Counted from the stretch's first letter, positions 1-13,302 are shown. The stretch is 64,000 nucleotides of DNA from Antedon mediterranea (GCF_964355755.1 NC_092676.1:4193888-4257887), one strand, 5' to 3'. Numbers and translations: made by a program. Notes: generated from the letters alone by a model not told the origin.

Positions 1-418
1 GCGCGTATGGGAATTTTTGACATGCTCAAAATGACAAGAAACGCGTAGAAAGTTGATTAAAAATTAATTTTGCGCATTTTAAAATTTTAAATGCGCGCGC
101 GCGCGTAACTTTGTGTAAAACACACATTTTTTTTCAACAGAAAGTTAGCGCCTGATATGAATTAAACTTTTGCAAAGCTTCAATTTAAAATGTTATTTGG
201 TTTTTGCCCTATGTTTAATACGAGAAAATCGTTAAATCGCGCGTAAATCACGTTGCGCAACTCTAACGTCATTCAAAATAGGATGTCCACAATTTCACGT
301 AAATGCCCACATGTTGACAGTTCAAAAAGTACAGAAAAGCAATAAAACCCATAGTAATACCGGACCGACAGACCGACCGACATAGTGAACTATAGAGTCG
401 CGTCTACGCGACTAATAA
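1..418 (-). mobile_element. Helentron-associated (HINE/DINE-1-like) non-autonomous element, one end only, running off the window
   Basis: About 330-418 is the reverse complement of the 5' end of the 678-1383 element: AGTCGCG-n4-CGCGACT palindrome plus a (GTCG/GTCT)n microsatellite. Confidence 0.6.
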
Positions 419-677
419 ACTTGCCTAACATTATTCAAATTGCTTCTTATACTTCTACCTTTTTACTAATTCATTTCTTATACTAATGTATAATCTTGTT
501 CCAATAAGCATGATTATTTTGTGTAATCTTCATAATGAAACTTCATTCAGTACCATTTTTTTGTAAAGACCTGTTTCATTTATTGAGTTGCAGGCTGCAT
601 TGCAGCGGTGATAACTAATGGTTTTAATATATTGTAGTTGAAAACATATAATTTACATCAAAAATTAAATACTGCAA

Positions 678-1383
678 TTTTTAGTCGCGTGGACGCGACT
701 CCATAGTTCACTATGTCGGTCGGTCGGTCTGTCTGTCGGTCCGGTATCACTATGCGTTTTATCGCTTTCTGACCTTATCTTGATATCAGTTTAATCTAGC
801 TAAGTCAATTTTTCACAGTATATTCCTTATGGCCAGGAATCGATGTGGTTATGTTTTCCCGGTGCGCAATAACAAATTACGCGGTCTACGCACGACGATT
901 TAACGAAATCACGTTTGTAATCATATCTTCAAAACCATGAATCACAATTAAATAAAATTTGGTACTTGTAAATTACAGGGCATAAATCATCATATGGCAA
1001 TACAATTACATGCGTAGCGCATGTAACGCATGCGTACGCGCGCTTACAATTTTCAAAATTTATTTTCGATGAAATAAGAGTACGTTTCAGGCAATTTTAA
1101 GCGTTTACAAAATTGCCATGAGTGCGCAGATTTTTGCGCGTTAAATGTTATTGCGCACTCTATTTGCCCGATTTCTGTTTTCTTGACTTACTTTTCAACT
1201 CGAAATTATGTTATACGAGCACGTCAAAAGTGTCAGGCTACGCACGTGTAAATTAAAAAAATATAAATGTTTTTAAACATTTCAACATTTTTAAACATGT
1301 TCAGTAATTTCGGTCAGTTGGTAGGTTGGTCGGTCGGTAAACACTAATGAGCACGCGACTGCAGCCATCTATATGGCCTTGTT
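678..1383 (+). mobile_element. Complete HINE/DINE-1-like non-autonomous Helentron
   Basis: 5' TTTTT-AGTCGCGTGGACGCGACT palindrome, (GTCG/GTCT)n tract, 3' sub-terminal repeat ACGCGACT, hairpin GCCAT..ATGGC, then CTTGTT. Confidence 0.7.
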
Positions 1384-1408
1384 AATTCATACTGAACTTT
1401 TTCTTCAG

Positions 1409-1486
1409 GCCTGGCGTGTGGGACTCTAATCAAATACCTACAATAGAAGCCAATTCATTTAATGGTTTGACATCACTGCTACAACT
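1409..1486 (+). CDS. LGR LRR exon (PGVWDSNQIPTIEANSFNGLTSLLQL)
   Basis: ttcttcag acceptor, gtgagt donor, 78 nt, phase 2-2; atypical N-terminal part of the repeat. Confidence 0.7.
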
Positions 1487-1987
1487 GTGAGTATTTTTTC
1501 AATTTGTATACTTCTACAAACTTCCTAGATTTTTCAAATACAACATGTCATTTTAGAATATTTTTCAGTAGATTTTGTATCAAACAAAAATCAGCAAAAC
1601 ATGGCCAATCACAAGATGGTATATAAAACATCAACATCATCCATGGGTTACCAATGACATCAATCAATTTATCAATATAAAGCATAGACTGTTCAGAAAA
1701 GCCAAACGTATTGGTTCTGTATCTGCATGGGATGACTATAAGTCTATTTGTAATAAGGTTAAGCGTCTATGCAATAAGTCGTATTATTCATATGTCAACA
1801 AATTATTTACAAGTGACTCTACTCGTAAAGCTTTCTGGCGTTTTGTTAGAGAACGTAGAAGATCACCAGAACCCGTTATCTTTTAATATTAACGGTGTGA
1901 ATGTTTTGTCACACCCTGTAATTGCTAGTTCATTTAATTAGGTTATATGCATGATATGCATATAACCTCTTGATTCTGTCAAAATCT

Positions 1988-2026
<39 letters not shown>

Positions 2027-5000
2027 TTCTTTCCTTAGCACTATTTGTCCGTGAATTATCTTGGCATCAGTTTCATCTATCTAAGTCAATTTTTCAGAGT
2101 ATATTCCTTATGGCCAGGAATCGATGTGGTTATGTTTTCACGATGCGCAATCAAAAATTACGCGGTCTACGCGCGATTTAACGAAATCACGTTTGTAATC
2201 ATATCTTCACAAACATGAATCACTTTTAAACAAAATTTGGTACTCATAAATTTCAGGTCATATTTCATCATATGGCAATACAATTACGTGCGTAGCGCAT
2301 ATAACGCATGCGTACGCGCGCTTAAAATGTTGAAAATTGTCAGAATTTATTTTCGATGAAATTAGAGTACGTTTCAGGCAATTTTAAGCGTTTAAAAAAT
2401 TGCCATGAGTGCGCATATTTTTGCACGCGCACTGCGCGTCAAACGTTAATGCGCACTGTTTGTGTCCGATTACTGTTGTATAACCTTTCTTTAATAATAT
2501 CATCATATTTTATTCACTTTTCAACGCGAAACAGCGTTATACGAGCACGTCAAAAGTGACGGGCTACGCACGTGTAAGTTAACAAAATGGTGAAAATATG
2601 CTAAATTTTAAAATTAATATATATCGTTAGAATGCTCGGGAACACCTATTTTTTATTTAATTTTCTTGAAGTGTATGTACCGTATATTTCGGTGTATAAG
2701 TCGCACCTGTGTATAAGACGCACCCCCAACTGAGAGTAAAATATCGGTATTTTTTATATCGTCGATGTATAAGACGCACCTTATATTTCATCAAAACAAT
2801 GTTTTTTTAAATTGTAATCAATATTATTGTAATTATATATTTTGTTATATCTACAACGGCGTCCTTTATTTAGGTTTTTTCTTACCTAGGCTCGGCCGCG
2901 CCCAGCCTCAACAAGTTCTTTCTAACTTGTTATTCATGAGTTTCGCCGCAACATCGAGTGCATGACCGTGTGTGTAACACGCACGTGTGTGGGCTAGCCT
3001 CGCTCGATCATTTCGAGAGGGCGCACGTTTTCACGGACAATCGTATTCGATTAGTATCTATGTATCCGAGAAGTGTGTACGCTAGGTCCATGCTATAATC
3101 ACCTGGAGAATATACTAGTCGAATACCGTACACCATGTGCCACCAAAAGAAGGGCTTGCGCTTGGGGTACGGCGATCGTGCGTATAACTACTGTATAAAT
3201 AAATACTATTCCAATCGTACGACGTAAACGTTTACAAATGAAATTTTATCGGAGCGCCATAATGAACAAATCTTTTCATCATATTTAGTATAACATCATG
3301 CTAAAATGACTTGAAAACTAGGCCTAGGCAGAAGCAGGTTGCCGTTACGTTAGTTAGTTACTGTAGCTAGGCCTAGCCTACTCAGGCCTAGCAAACGAGG
3401 TGACGATAGCCTAGGCCTATGTACAATTTGTGTGGTGAGGCATTTATGTTCGGTGTATAAGACGCACCCTTAATTTAGAGGTCAAATTTGCGTGTCAAAA
3501 GTGCGACTTATACACCGAAATATACGGTATCATATGTATGATTTATTATGAAATTAGAAGAACAAAAGTTGATTAAGTCATCATTAATGGCATATTAAAT
3601 TTAACAAAATTAATTTCGACAATCAAACAAATTATAACATTTTCTTAGGCCAAAATAACAAACTTAACGTTAACTTTCTTCCTTAAGAATTTCATATATT
3701 AAAGTTAAAAGTATATAGTTTGACAGTGCATCATTTTTTTAAATTTTTAAAGATGTCATCATAGTAAAACATTATAATTCATTGCGGTATGTAATAATCT
3801 ATCTGCACCAAAGTGGTTACTGCATAGTAAATACACGGTGGAATTTTTCTCCAACTTTTAGTCAGTTGTGTATGGCTCGATGGTCTGTGCTCGTGTCAAT
3901 GGCATTCAAGGTACCGAGTTCAAGTCTCACCTTGGGAAACGAAATAAGATTTTTTTTTTATTATCCGTATTGTTCAAATTTATTTCTTAGTGTATAGATT
4001 ATACACATGATTTATAATGAAATCTAGATAAAAAGTTACTTTATGTCTTTATTATTATGTAACAACAAATGCGGTTTATGACATTATACGCAGAGGGATC
4101 TTTGATCGGATTGTGATACCGGCTATGGTGTTCGCGTTAGCAAGGTCCTATCATATATTATAAATAATTAAAGATTCTGAGAAAATCAATCAATCAATAT
4201 ATCTTTTAAAAATCAATTATCTTTATTTAAATCAATGCATATAACCTATAATTCGTCATAGTGACGAATTAAATCTAGTTATTTTTTTGTTTCTGTTTTT
4301 AACCCACCCATAATTCCCAACTGTGAACCTCCGGTTTGTAATGTCCCAATCCCTGAACTTTCTCAACTTAACTTTAACGTCTACAATGTTGAGAAGGTGA
4401 TTAATGGACTTTCGTCTAATAAATCTCCAGGTCCTGATTCCGTGCATCCATACATGAAATCTGCTTCCGAATTTATTGCTCCACCATTATTTAATTTGTT
4501 TAACTTGTCCCTGCGTATGGGAGAAATCCCCGCTAAGTGGAAAATGTCCCATATTACTCCTATATTTAAATCTGGTGATACAAATGCAATTTGTAATTAC
4601 AGACCAATATCCCTTACCCTATATGTTCGAAACTGCTTGAAAAAATACTGTTTTCAAGTATATCTGATCACGTTGCTTATAATTGTCCAATTACAGAAGC
4701 CCAGCACGGTTTTTTTCCCTCCCGTTCCTGTGTACCCAACTTACCAACCTAACACCAGAATTGATGTTATCTTTCTCGACTACGCCAAAGCGTTTAATAA
4801 ACTGCCCCACCATATTATTTTAAATAAGCTGGCTAGTCACTTCAATATCAGAGACAATGTCTGGAAATGGATCAAGTCATTTCTATTGGGACGTTCCCAA
4901 AGAGTCTTGTATCAAGGATCCATTAGCCCATCATCCCCAGTTACCTCTGGAATACCACAGGGCAGCGTACTTAGACCCCTTCTTTTTAACTTGTTTATAA

Positions 5001-8000
5001 ATGACCTTCCCTCATCTATTATTTCTCAATGTGCATTGTTTGCCGATGACCCGATAATTTATAGAAATATATTTACTGTAGACGATGAAGTTGTTCTTCA
5101 GTGCGATCTGATCAGGCTTTCCTCTTGGTGTGATCTAAATGAAATGGAGCTTAACTTAAATAAAACCAAGGTTCTCCACATTACAAGATCAAGGAAAGAG
5201 TATAGACATGTTTATCGTATAAATGACTTGCCTATTAAATCCGTATCTAGTCATTGTCATTGTCATCTGGGGGTCACGATTAATAGTGAACTTACTGGGG
5301 ATGACCATGTAAACTTAATTATTTCTCGTTCAAATCGAATGTTGGGTTTTATTACTAGTATTGCAGGAGGATCATCCCCTTCAGCTATTTTCTCACTCTA
5401 TAAAGCTCTCATTGTCCCCATCCTTGAATATGGTGTCCCTGCGTGGTTGGGTGTCACGAAACCTAAAACCACGAAAGCTAAGACCCCCTAAGACCTAAGA
5501 TCACGAAAGCTAAGACCCAAGACCTAAGATTACAAATATTTATCTTTCGCACCTGCCTTGTATTTTAACTCCCAACATTTATTCTGAATACCACACCTTA
5601 GAATTGGCACTTTTATGAAAAAGAATCACATAAAAAGTAACAAATACATTTTTAAATTGATGATTTTACAGACGTTTTTCTCGCACACAAACTGTTTGCG
5701 AATTTCGCATGACTAGCCTACAGTACAGTAGCAGTAGGCCTTCCACCATGTTCAATGTTTTTGTTTCTATGGAACGTCAAAAGAGCAAAAATTATATAGA
5801 GGGCTGAAAACTCTGTGGAGTCCATCTACAGTGTGGATGGAACAATGTAATATTAAAATTGTAATGATAATAATATAATCATGCAAGTACGAAGAAATAA
5901 ATACTGGCAAATAAATTTTAATTTAAAAATCATGATTTGTTTCGTTTTTCTTTCTGTTTTTATACTTGTACTATTATTGTAGCTCTTTTGGCGCTCCATA
6001 GAAACAAAAACATTGAGCATGGGGGGAGCTCGAGGAGTTACAGTATACAAAGAAACATGTCTGTAAAATCATCAATTTAAAGGATTTATTATTTTTTTTT
6101 TATGTGTTTCTCCGTCTGAAAGTACTTATAAATCCTAATTTTAAAGTGTGGTATTCAGGATAAAGTTCGTCAACAAATTTGGAGTCAAAATACAAGAAAG
6201 GCAGGTGCGTAAGAAAAACATCCTCTGAACCAACACAATGGAGTAAATATATACCAACAAACAACCCGTCAAGTTTGTTTGTTGTAAAGAAAAAAATATA
6301 CATTTACTCAACGGGCGAAAATAATGTGAGTTTATCTATGTTTTGCGGTAGTATTTAATTATATTTATGGTAATAAATGAAACCTACTGTGTTTAAAATT
6401 ATGTATGGATAAACAAGTATTGTTTTTAAGCTGTAGTATATCTTAGAATTTGTAATCTTAGGTCTTGGGTCTTAGCTTTCGTGATCTTAGGTCTTAGGGG
6501 TCTTAGCTTTCGTGGTCTTAGGTTTTGTGACACCCCTGCGTGGTTGCCTCGAACCAAAAAACTTACGGAACGTATCGAGGCAGTCCAGCGAAGGGCTACT
6601 AGGCTTGTCCTTAAACAAACAAGAGGTGAAATGGAATACGAGGAACGTCTCACTAAGCTAAATTGACCAACAGTACTCTCTAATCGAAGAAATTATCTTC
6701 TGTTATCCTTTGTTTGTAAATCACTTATGGAACGGTTGATTGTAGTAGGCTAGTATTCGTCAATCTGTAGTTGTTAATGGCCGTCATCTTGATACACTTA
6801 AGTTCATTCATCACTATGCTCGAACCAATTGTCTTCATCATTCCGCTATTAACATATTCCCTAGGTTATGGGAAGAAATTCTTTAATTTTAGACAGTTTT
6901 CCAACATTTTTAAATTCACTTAAATCCCATGTTTTATATTGACTTTGTTGAATCGACTATAAAGTATTTTATCCTTTTATTTTATATTGACACTGTTGAT
7001 TCGTCTATTTGTTATATAAATATTTTTATATAGTTTTTTATATATCATTGTTGTTACATTTGGGAGTAGGTACGGAACCTGAACTCTTATTATAGTGATT
7101 AGGTTCACTTTTAGGTTCCTGCCTACTCCCTTAGTTTCTGTGTTTTTGTATGTTTGTAACTGGTTTTTGGCAATAAATAATAATAATAATAATAATAATA
7201 TTTCTTAATACATGGTCTGCTACTTGCTTAATACTACATTGTTTTACCTTGAAGGTGGTTGAGAGATTTCAAGATAAGTACATTGCCAGCAAATGCATTT
7301 TTTGGTTTAACTGCATTGACATTACTGTGAGTATTTTTTCATGTTATATACTTTATAATTATAATTGAATTACTTCATAACATTTTAATTTATGTTATAA
7401 GTAAATTTAATATAGTGCTGTAACAAATAATGTATAACATCTAATTCCTTGATATAAAGACTATTTTAACGTAACAAAGATTTCTGTATTTAAAAAATTG
7501 TATTTTATACAAACAAAATGTTTTCCTGTCCTCTTATGGAAATATTTGAGATGATTTAAGATGGTACCAGTACAGGGAAAGTAATTTCAATCTTCCCTAA
7601 TGGTACATACCAATGCACTATATTGAATAAAAAGGACGCACAGACTTTTACGTGAGTATCCGTTATGAGGTGTCAATTTACAGGTGGTGTCCACAGAACG
7701 TTTTAACTGTATTATGGACCATATCTGAATAAGGCATAGGAAAAGTAAAGCGGACACAATTTCTTGGATATTTTAATTTCTTTTTGACTGCGTATTCTTT
7801 ATTGTAGGAGGTTGGACAATAACCAAATAAGGAAATTGCCAGCAAATGTATTTAATGGTTTGACAGCGTTAACAGAACTGTGAGTATAATATCTTAACCA
7901 ATTTATCCCAAATCACTACATTGTACAATAAACATGCATGTAGTTTATCATTTTATAATGTGATCTTGTAACAAAGTGTAATTGAATTTTAATGAGAGAT

Positions 8001-8677
8001 GATGAACCTGGAACCACTGGTCAACTTGCCTGAAATCACACTTTTTACTATAAAAGGGTTAATATTCTCTAGCATAAAGGCTAACATTTACATGGTGGGC
8101 AAGTAAAGCTTAAAACTACTTAGCGTAGTGGTTTTGGTTGCCAACAAAGCTGTAAATGGAAATTGAACTTATAAAAACTTTAACCTGAACCAAAAATAAA
8201 AGGGGTAAATGCAGTGTTTATATTAAATAATTAGATAATTTGCAACTAACTTAATTAACTGCTCAAGCCCAAACTAGCAATACCATACTGTGCATTATTT
8301 ATCATTTAAGGTGGATGGACGGTAACCAAATAAGTACATTGGAAGCCTATGCATTTGCCGGTTTGGAATCGTTGACGGAACTGTGAGTATTTTTCAATAC
8401 ATTCTAATTTCAAAAGAAATTGATTGTGGTTGTAGAAGCATTTTAATTATTCCAATTAATATTGAATGTCATATGGACTGCCCTAACAAACATTGAGTAA
8501 ACACCAGTGTCAGTCAATGGAATTACAATGAACAACATGAATTATGTTGTGATCATTTTGATTCCAAGATATTTTTTGTCACAAAAAAAAGAATGAGATC
8601 TTACCATATACTGAATCAAACAAATTATATAAAAAAATTCTTTTAATTGTCACATAAATATTTAAATTCAATTTGAC

Positions 8678-8724
<47 letters not shown>

Positions 8725-11661
8725 CAAAAAAAAATTTGTCTTTTTATAAAGTGAAAACATTATTTTTTTTCACTTTTTTTTCCTACAGAAGTGAATAACT
8801 TTATTAAAATTACAAAATGGCCTATTCAAAGACTGATATAGGGGACAATTACATCTTTAAACAAAACATATTTTTCAATAAACAAATATATAATTAATTG
8901 TCTATTTATTCATCTTTTAACAGGAACTTAGAGAACAACGCTATAACTATCATAGATGCTGAGGCATTCTCTTCTTTTGCTTCATCACTTTTAATTTTGT
9001 AAGTTAACATTATGTAATATATAATTTGCATGTTATTGCCTTCCTGAATGTCCACAACACATAATTACGATGACTTGGTTTGTATCAGGATCAGGGGGAC
9101 ATTCCCCTTTGACTGCCTCAGTTGAATTATTTTTAACAATATTGGTGCGTGTGATTTACCACTAAATTAAAAAATGTTCCCCATTCCATATATCATACAG
9201 TAGATGCACACCTGAGAACACATGACTCCGCTACATGCTTATATAATCAGAGCAATGTGTAACTATTAAGCAATAGTAGAATTATAGAAGAAAGGATAAT
9301 TGTAAAGCTTGGCACTCTTGCCCCTACCGGCATAAATGTACAATTTAGATCTTTTAAACATTAATTTTGCCAGAGACATTCACATATTAACAAAATTCAC
9401 ACTTGAAGTTTTTGTCTTTGTTTAAATGTCCTGCTTTATAAGCAACTATTTCTGCTTTGTACCCCAAAGCTTTTGGAGGCTTGCATTTATAACTATGCCT
9501 TTTGTTTTGTTAACATCTTTGATTGGCTGATTTGTTTTATTATGTAATTTTGTGAGTTATATATGTTATCCTTTGTTACAATTCTCTTCGCTATGCCCGA
9601 AACATGTCGTAAAAATAAACTTATATTGAGGCAGTTTTAGCTTACTTGATCTTGATTTTTTTCTATATCCTGCCTATATACAGCTCTTTGATTTATATTA
9701 AGCAATAGTGTTAGTTATCTTTACATGGTCATGTGACAAAACACCTTTCAAACTACTGAAGCTACCAAAAACTAAAACTCTGTCTACACTATCAAACTAG
9801 TTCAAGAACAAAATGTGTCATGTGCCCAAATATGGTAGTAATATGACATAATCGTGTCCACATGGGCACATCAAATTGTTTTCACATAAAGTTTGATAGT
9901 TTAGCTTTAACCTATTTTGTGTTGTTCACCCACACAAATCTAAATTATTATTCGCTCTGAATAGTATTATAATATTAATATGTACATCATATATTAAGTA
10001 ATGAAGGAATTAAAAAGTGTGAAAACAAACTTATTGAGTTTGAATTTATTGGTTTTTTTTTAGAAACTTAAAAGGTAACAAGTTACAGGTTTACAGGGAC
10101 AGGACCTTTCAACAATTGATAAGCTTAAACGAATTGTAAGTAATGATTTATTAAAATTTGGGCAACCCAAGTAACTCCCTTGTAAAAATAAATTAATTTA
10201 TAAAAAAAAAATATTTTACTAATCCCAAAACCATCTGTGAAAGACGGTTACCACACTCACTAGTTATACAATCAACATGATGATTGTGGAAACTTACGAT
10301 GATAAAGATCTGTCTTGTTTTTCAAAATTTAATTTTGCATGTTTTTTAAATTCACAAATGCGCCACTAAATTTGTGCTTAAGTCACATGAGCATTCTGTT
10401 AATCTAGTCGCAGTGCAGGACTGGAAAAGAAAAGGGAGATACATAAACTTGAATTAGTTGCGTGTGGGTATTTCAAGAATGCAGGTGGTTGACTAAAAAA
10501 TGTGCACAAATTTCAAACCTTGAGAATGTTGGTTCTTGAGTATTTAAAAATTTCCCAAAATATAATAACATTTTCTTTTAAGATACAACAAAATAATAAC
10601 TTGGCACTTATTATGTTGCTATATTTGATTCTTTTAGGTACTCGGAATACTCTAGTCTCTGTTGCCTCGTTGGCGCCATCGATGTCTGCGAGCCTTCAGA
10701 TGCATTTGCATCGTGTGAAGACTTGCTAAAAAATGAACTTCTCCGTGTGTTGATGATGATTATCGGGTTATCTTCGGTTATTGGGAATGTTGTTGTTATC
10801 GTTTCACGAAAGTTTAAAAAAGATAATGATATTAACAATGTTAACAAAGTCCAAACTACACTTATCACCAACCTCGCCGTGTCTGACCTGCTGATGGCAG
10901 TCTACCTGATCATCATTGCCAGTGTGGATATACATTACAGAGGAAGATACGGAAAGGTTTCCAGAGTTTGGAGAAATAGTGTCCTTTGCAGTTTTGCAGG
11001 GGCTATTTCTACACTCTCTGGGCAATGTTCAGTGTTTACACTGATGCTGCTTAGTGTGGATCGAGCTATTAACATTGTTAATCCATTTAGTACGAAACGC
11101 CTCAATCGTACAAAATGTCGAATCATTATCAGCTTCGGATGGCTATTCTGGATTGTGCTGAGTTTTCTTCCAGTGACAGCCAATGAATTAAGCTTATCGT
11201 ATTTTGGTGACAATTATTATGGAAAGGAAAGTGTGTGCCTTGCACTACCTTTAACCAGAAGTCGGTGGCCAGGTTGGGAGTATGCTGTTGCCATTTTTGT
11301 TGCCTTTAATGGCGTCGGCTTTTTTGTAATTGTACTTAGTTATCTGACAATTTTCTTGTCAGTGAAGAGATCGGGGGCCACTGTCAACAGAAGACAGCAG
11401 AGAAAAGAACAGTTAAAAATGGCGAGAAAACTAGGCCTGATAGTTTTCACTGATTTCTGTTGCTGGGCCCCGATTATAGTAATGGCAATTGGTTCCGAGA
11501 CGGGTTGGATGACGATTCCTGATGAAATATATGTTTGGGCAGCGACATTCATCATACCCATCAACTCCTCAGTCAATCCGTATCTTTACACAATTGCTTA
11601 TATGTTTAAGTGCAAAGTGCGTCAACCGGCACCTGTACAGATTCCACTTAATACATTGTAA
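1409..11661 (+). CDS. GRL101-like / type-C LGR leucine-rich-repeat GPCR, 3' portion. Exons: 1409-1486, 7255-7326, 7808-7879, 8311-8382, 8924-8998, 10064-10135, 10638-11661
   Basis: Six AG/GT-bounded phase-2 exons of 72-78 nt each encode one LRR and splice in frame onto a hinge (LCC..C..SCEDLL) plus 7TM exon. The 5' exons lie outside the window. Confidence 0.88.
1939..4280 (+). mobile_element. HINE/Helentron non-autonomous element inserted in the LINE
   Basis: 5' palindrome AGGTTATATGCAT..ATGCATATAACCT, (TTTA)n, 3' sub-terminal ATGCATATAACCT, hairpin AATTCGTCA-tag-TGACGAATT, then CTAGTT. Removing it rejoins the LINE reading ASSFN|YFFVSVF. Confidence 0.8.
2680..3527. mobile_element. pogo/Tc1-mariner-type MITE nested in the HINE
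   Basis: Perfect 27-bp TIR CCGTATATTTCGGTGTATAAGTCGCAC with a TA target duplication. Confidence 0.85.
4397..5448 (+). pseudogene. LINE reverse transcriptase domain, frameshifted and partly deleted
   Basis: RT motifs (IFLDYAKAFN, GIPQGSVL, LFADD) flank an off-frame stretch; the ORF then runs into the inserted TIR element. Confidence 0.85.
5449..6535. mobile_element. Mutator/Foldback-like non-autonomous DNA transposon
   Basis: About 90-bp modular TIRs beginning GGGTGTCAC and a 10-bp TSD CTGCGTGGTT (up to 12 bp if the TIR is one base shorter). It interrupts the LINE peptide VPAWLPR. Confidence 0.85.
7255..7326 (+). CDS. LGR LRR exon (WLRDFKISTLPANAFFGLTALTLL)
   Basis: 72 nt, phase 2-2, aag/gtgagt boundaries. 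Confidence 0.8.
7808..7879 (+). CDS. LGR LRR exon (RLDNNQIRKLPANVFNGLTALTEL)
   Basis: 72 nt, phase 2-2, tag/gtgagt boundaries. Confidence 0.9.
8311..8382 (+). CDS. LGR LRR exon (WMDGNQISTLEAYAFAGLESLTEL)
   Basis: 72 nt, phase 2-2, aag/gtgagt boundaries. Confidence 0.9.
8682..8722. repeat. (TA)n microsatellite
   Basis: About 20 TA units. Confidence 0.9.
8924..8998 (+). CDS. LGR LRR exon (NLENNAITIIDAEAFSSFASSLLIL)
   Basis: 75 nt, phase 2-2, cag/gtaagt boundaries. Confidence 0.88.
10064..10135 (+). CDS. LGR LRR exon (NLKGNKLQVYRDRTFQQLISLNEL)
   Basis: 72 nt, phase 2-2, tag/gtaagt boundaries. Confidence 0.88.
10638..11661 (+). CDS. LGR terminal exon: cysteine-rich hinge plus rhodopsin-class 7TM domain
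   Basis: YSEYSSLCCLVGAIDVCEPSDAFASCEDLL leads into GN (TM1), NLAVSD (TM2), DRA (DRY-equivalent), FTDFCCWAP (TM6) and NSSVNPYLY (TM7). Confidence 0.93.
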
Positions 11662-13131
11662 TTTGGCTATTTATTGAATTCAATCTTTGATCAGAGAGTT
11701 TCAATTAATTAACTCTCTGCTTTGATCTTGTTTTATTCACATTTTTATCTACTGTAGACCTGTAAACTTTTTACTAATATCATTTAAAATCATTTTCTTG
11801 TACAATTCATATTTTTGTTTGCGCTAAAAAAGAATTTATTTATGTCAAGATTGTAGAAAGTTAATGAATTCATCAATGTAGTTTGATAATTTTAATAAGA
11901 TTTCAGTATATTTATATGCCCATTTAAATTATTCATCAATGTATTTTGGTAATTTTTTTTATAATTGTCAAGATTTTAGTATATAATTCATTCAATTTAT
12001 TTTTAAGTTTTGCCATGATTATATTATATATTATTTGTAATTTCATTATTGATATGTGGATGTTTCATAGATTCAAACTAATTTATTCATTAATAGTTGT
12101 AAATTATTGTTAATTGGTAACTAGTTTGGTGAATAACGCGAGTTTTATCTAAACCATCTATGGTAATTTGGTTTTTATAAATATTTTTTGTCTGAAAAAC
12201 TTTTAGTATCTTCTAAATACATAAGTCAATCTAGTCAAGTTTTAGTTTAAACAATGTTAGGAGTTAAGTACTCCATTAAACATGGTTAAAGTTGTCTAAC
12301 ATTGTTTGAAACATGAAAAGAAATCTGATTTTATCAATAAAGTAAAATTAAATAATATTTGTTGAATCCCAGTATTTCATTTTTGTTTGGGAATTTATAA
12401 ATGCGACAGCCAATTCGTAAACTTCCATTGGTGACAATATGACCAACTTTTACTTTCAAAACTTTAAAATATTAATACTGGAAATGAATGTTTCATGAGG
12501 ACTACTTCTAAAAGCAAAATTTATATGGCTACGACCTATGACAGACAATTTTGAAAGACTTGATTTGGTGTTTTATACAGATAAGAAAATGGCAGCCATT
12601 TTGAAGTATATTTTAACCCATCTTGGATTTTAAAAAGTTGATCAATTTATTTTTTAAACATCTCCAGTGATTTTCTTGCAAAATATATGTTTTAATGACT
12701 ATAGTTGAACAAGCATTTGCCAAAATCGGATGCTTTAATACTGATATTTGGGTAAAATTGAGAGAAAACGGCTATATTAGTTATCTGCAAATTAGCAATT
12801 TTTCTTCCTTTTCTCCTTGATATATGGTTCAGATGGGTCTTACTGTTAGGAGCACAACAAAAATAAATTCTGTTCTAATTTTGTCTAGGTCAAACCGTAG
12901 TTTGACCGGACTAATGAAAGGTCTTTCACACCTTCTCCAGTCTGGTGTGGCAAATTAAACCATGTCTCAATGTTTCATTTTCACGACGAAAACGCGATCA
13001 GTGCGTAGTCGCATGTCTCGTGTAAACGAATCATGCATGGAAAGCAGCCAGCAGAACATGATGAAAAGGAATTACAATATTACATTATTATACTAACATT
13101 TTAAAATGAAAATTGTGTTTAAATAGAAAAA

Positions 13132-13302
13132 TTAAGAATTAGTCACAAAGGTTAACAATTGAGGCTTAAACATTGTATACATATGCCAGTCCTCAGTTGC
13201 TGTTAAATCTATTGAGTTGATTGTTTTATACATATTAATTGCTGGTTTATTCCAACCCAGCACTGCCCACTGCATTCTCTGGCAACCTTTCTCTAAACCA
13301 AT
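13132..13302 (-). CDS. SAT2: SAT-like exon 4 (last coding exon)
   Basis: ttttcag|IGLEKGCQRMQWAVLGWNKPAINVYKTINSIDLTATEDWHMYTMFKPQLLTFVTNS*. Confidence 0.9.
   Translation of the reverse strand: MGLEKGCQRMQWAVLGWNKPAINMYKTINSIDLTATEDWHMYTMFKPQLLTFVTNS

Larger units (their letters stand above)
1630..7200 (+). mobile_element. 5'-truncated, degenerate CR1/L2-group LINE, split by two later insertions
   Basis: ORF2 pieces: PWVT..FWRFV (1630-1938), RT motifs KSPGPD, YRPISL, GIPQGSVL, FADD (4281-5448), and IEAVQRRATR (6536 onward). 3' UTR stem-loop GGGAGTAGG..CCTACTCCC (7062-7130) and a (TAA)n tail. The 5' boundary is approximate. Confidence 0.85.

Noticed and set aside
3860-3935. tRNA-like A and B boxes (TGGCTCGATGG / GAGTTCAAGTC)
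   Set aside because: No convincing cloverleaf; at most a decayed SINE head inside the HINE
10611-11576. Antisense ORFs over the GPCR exon
   Set aside because: Shadow frames of the real plus-strand CDS
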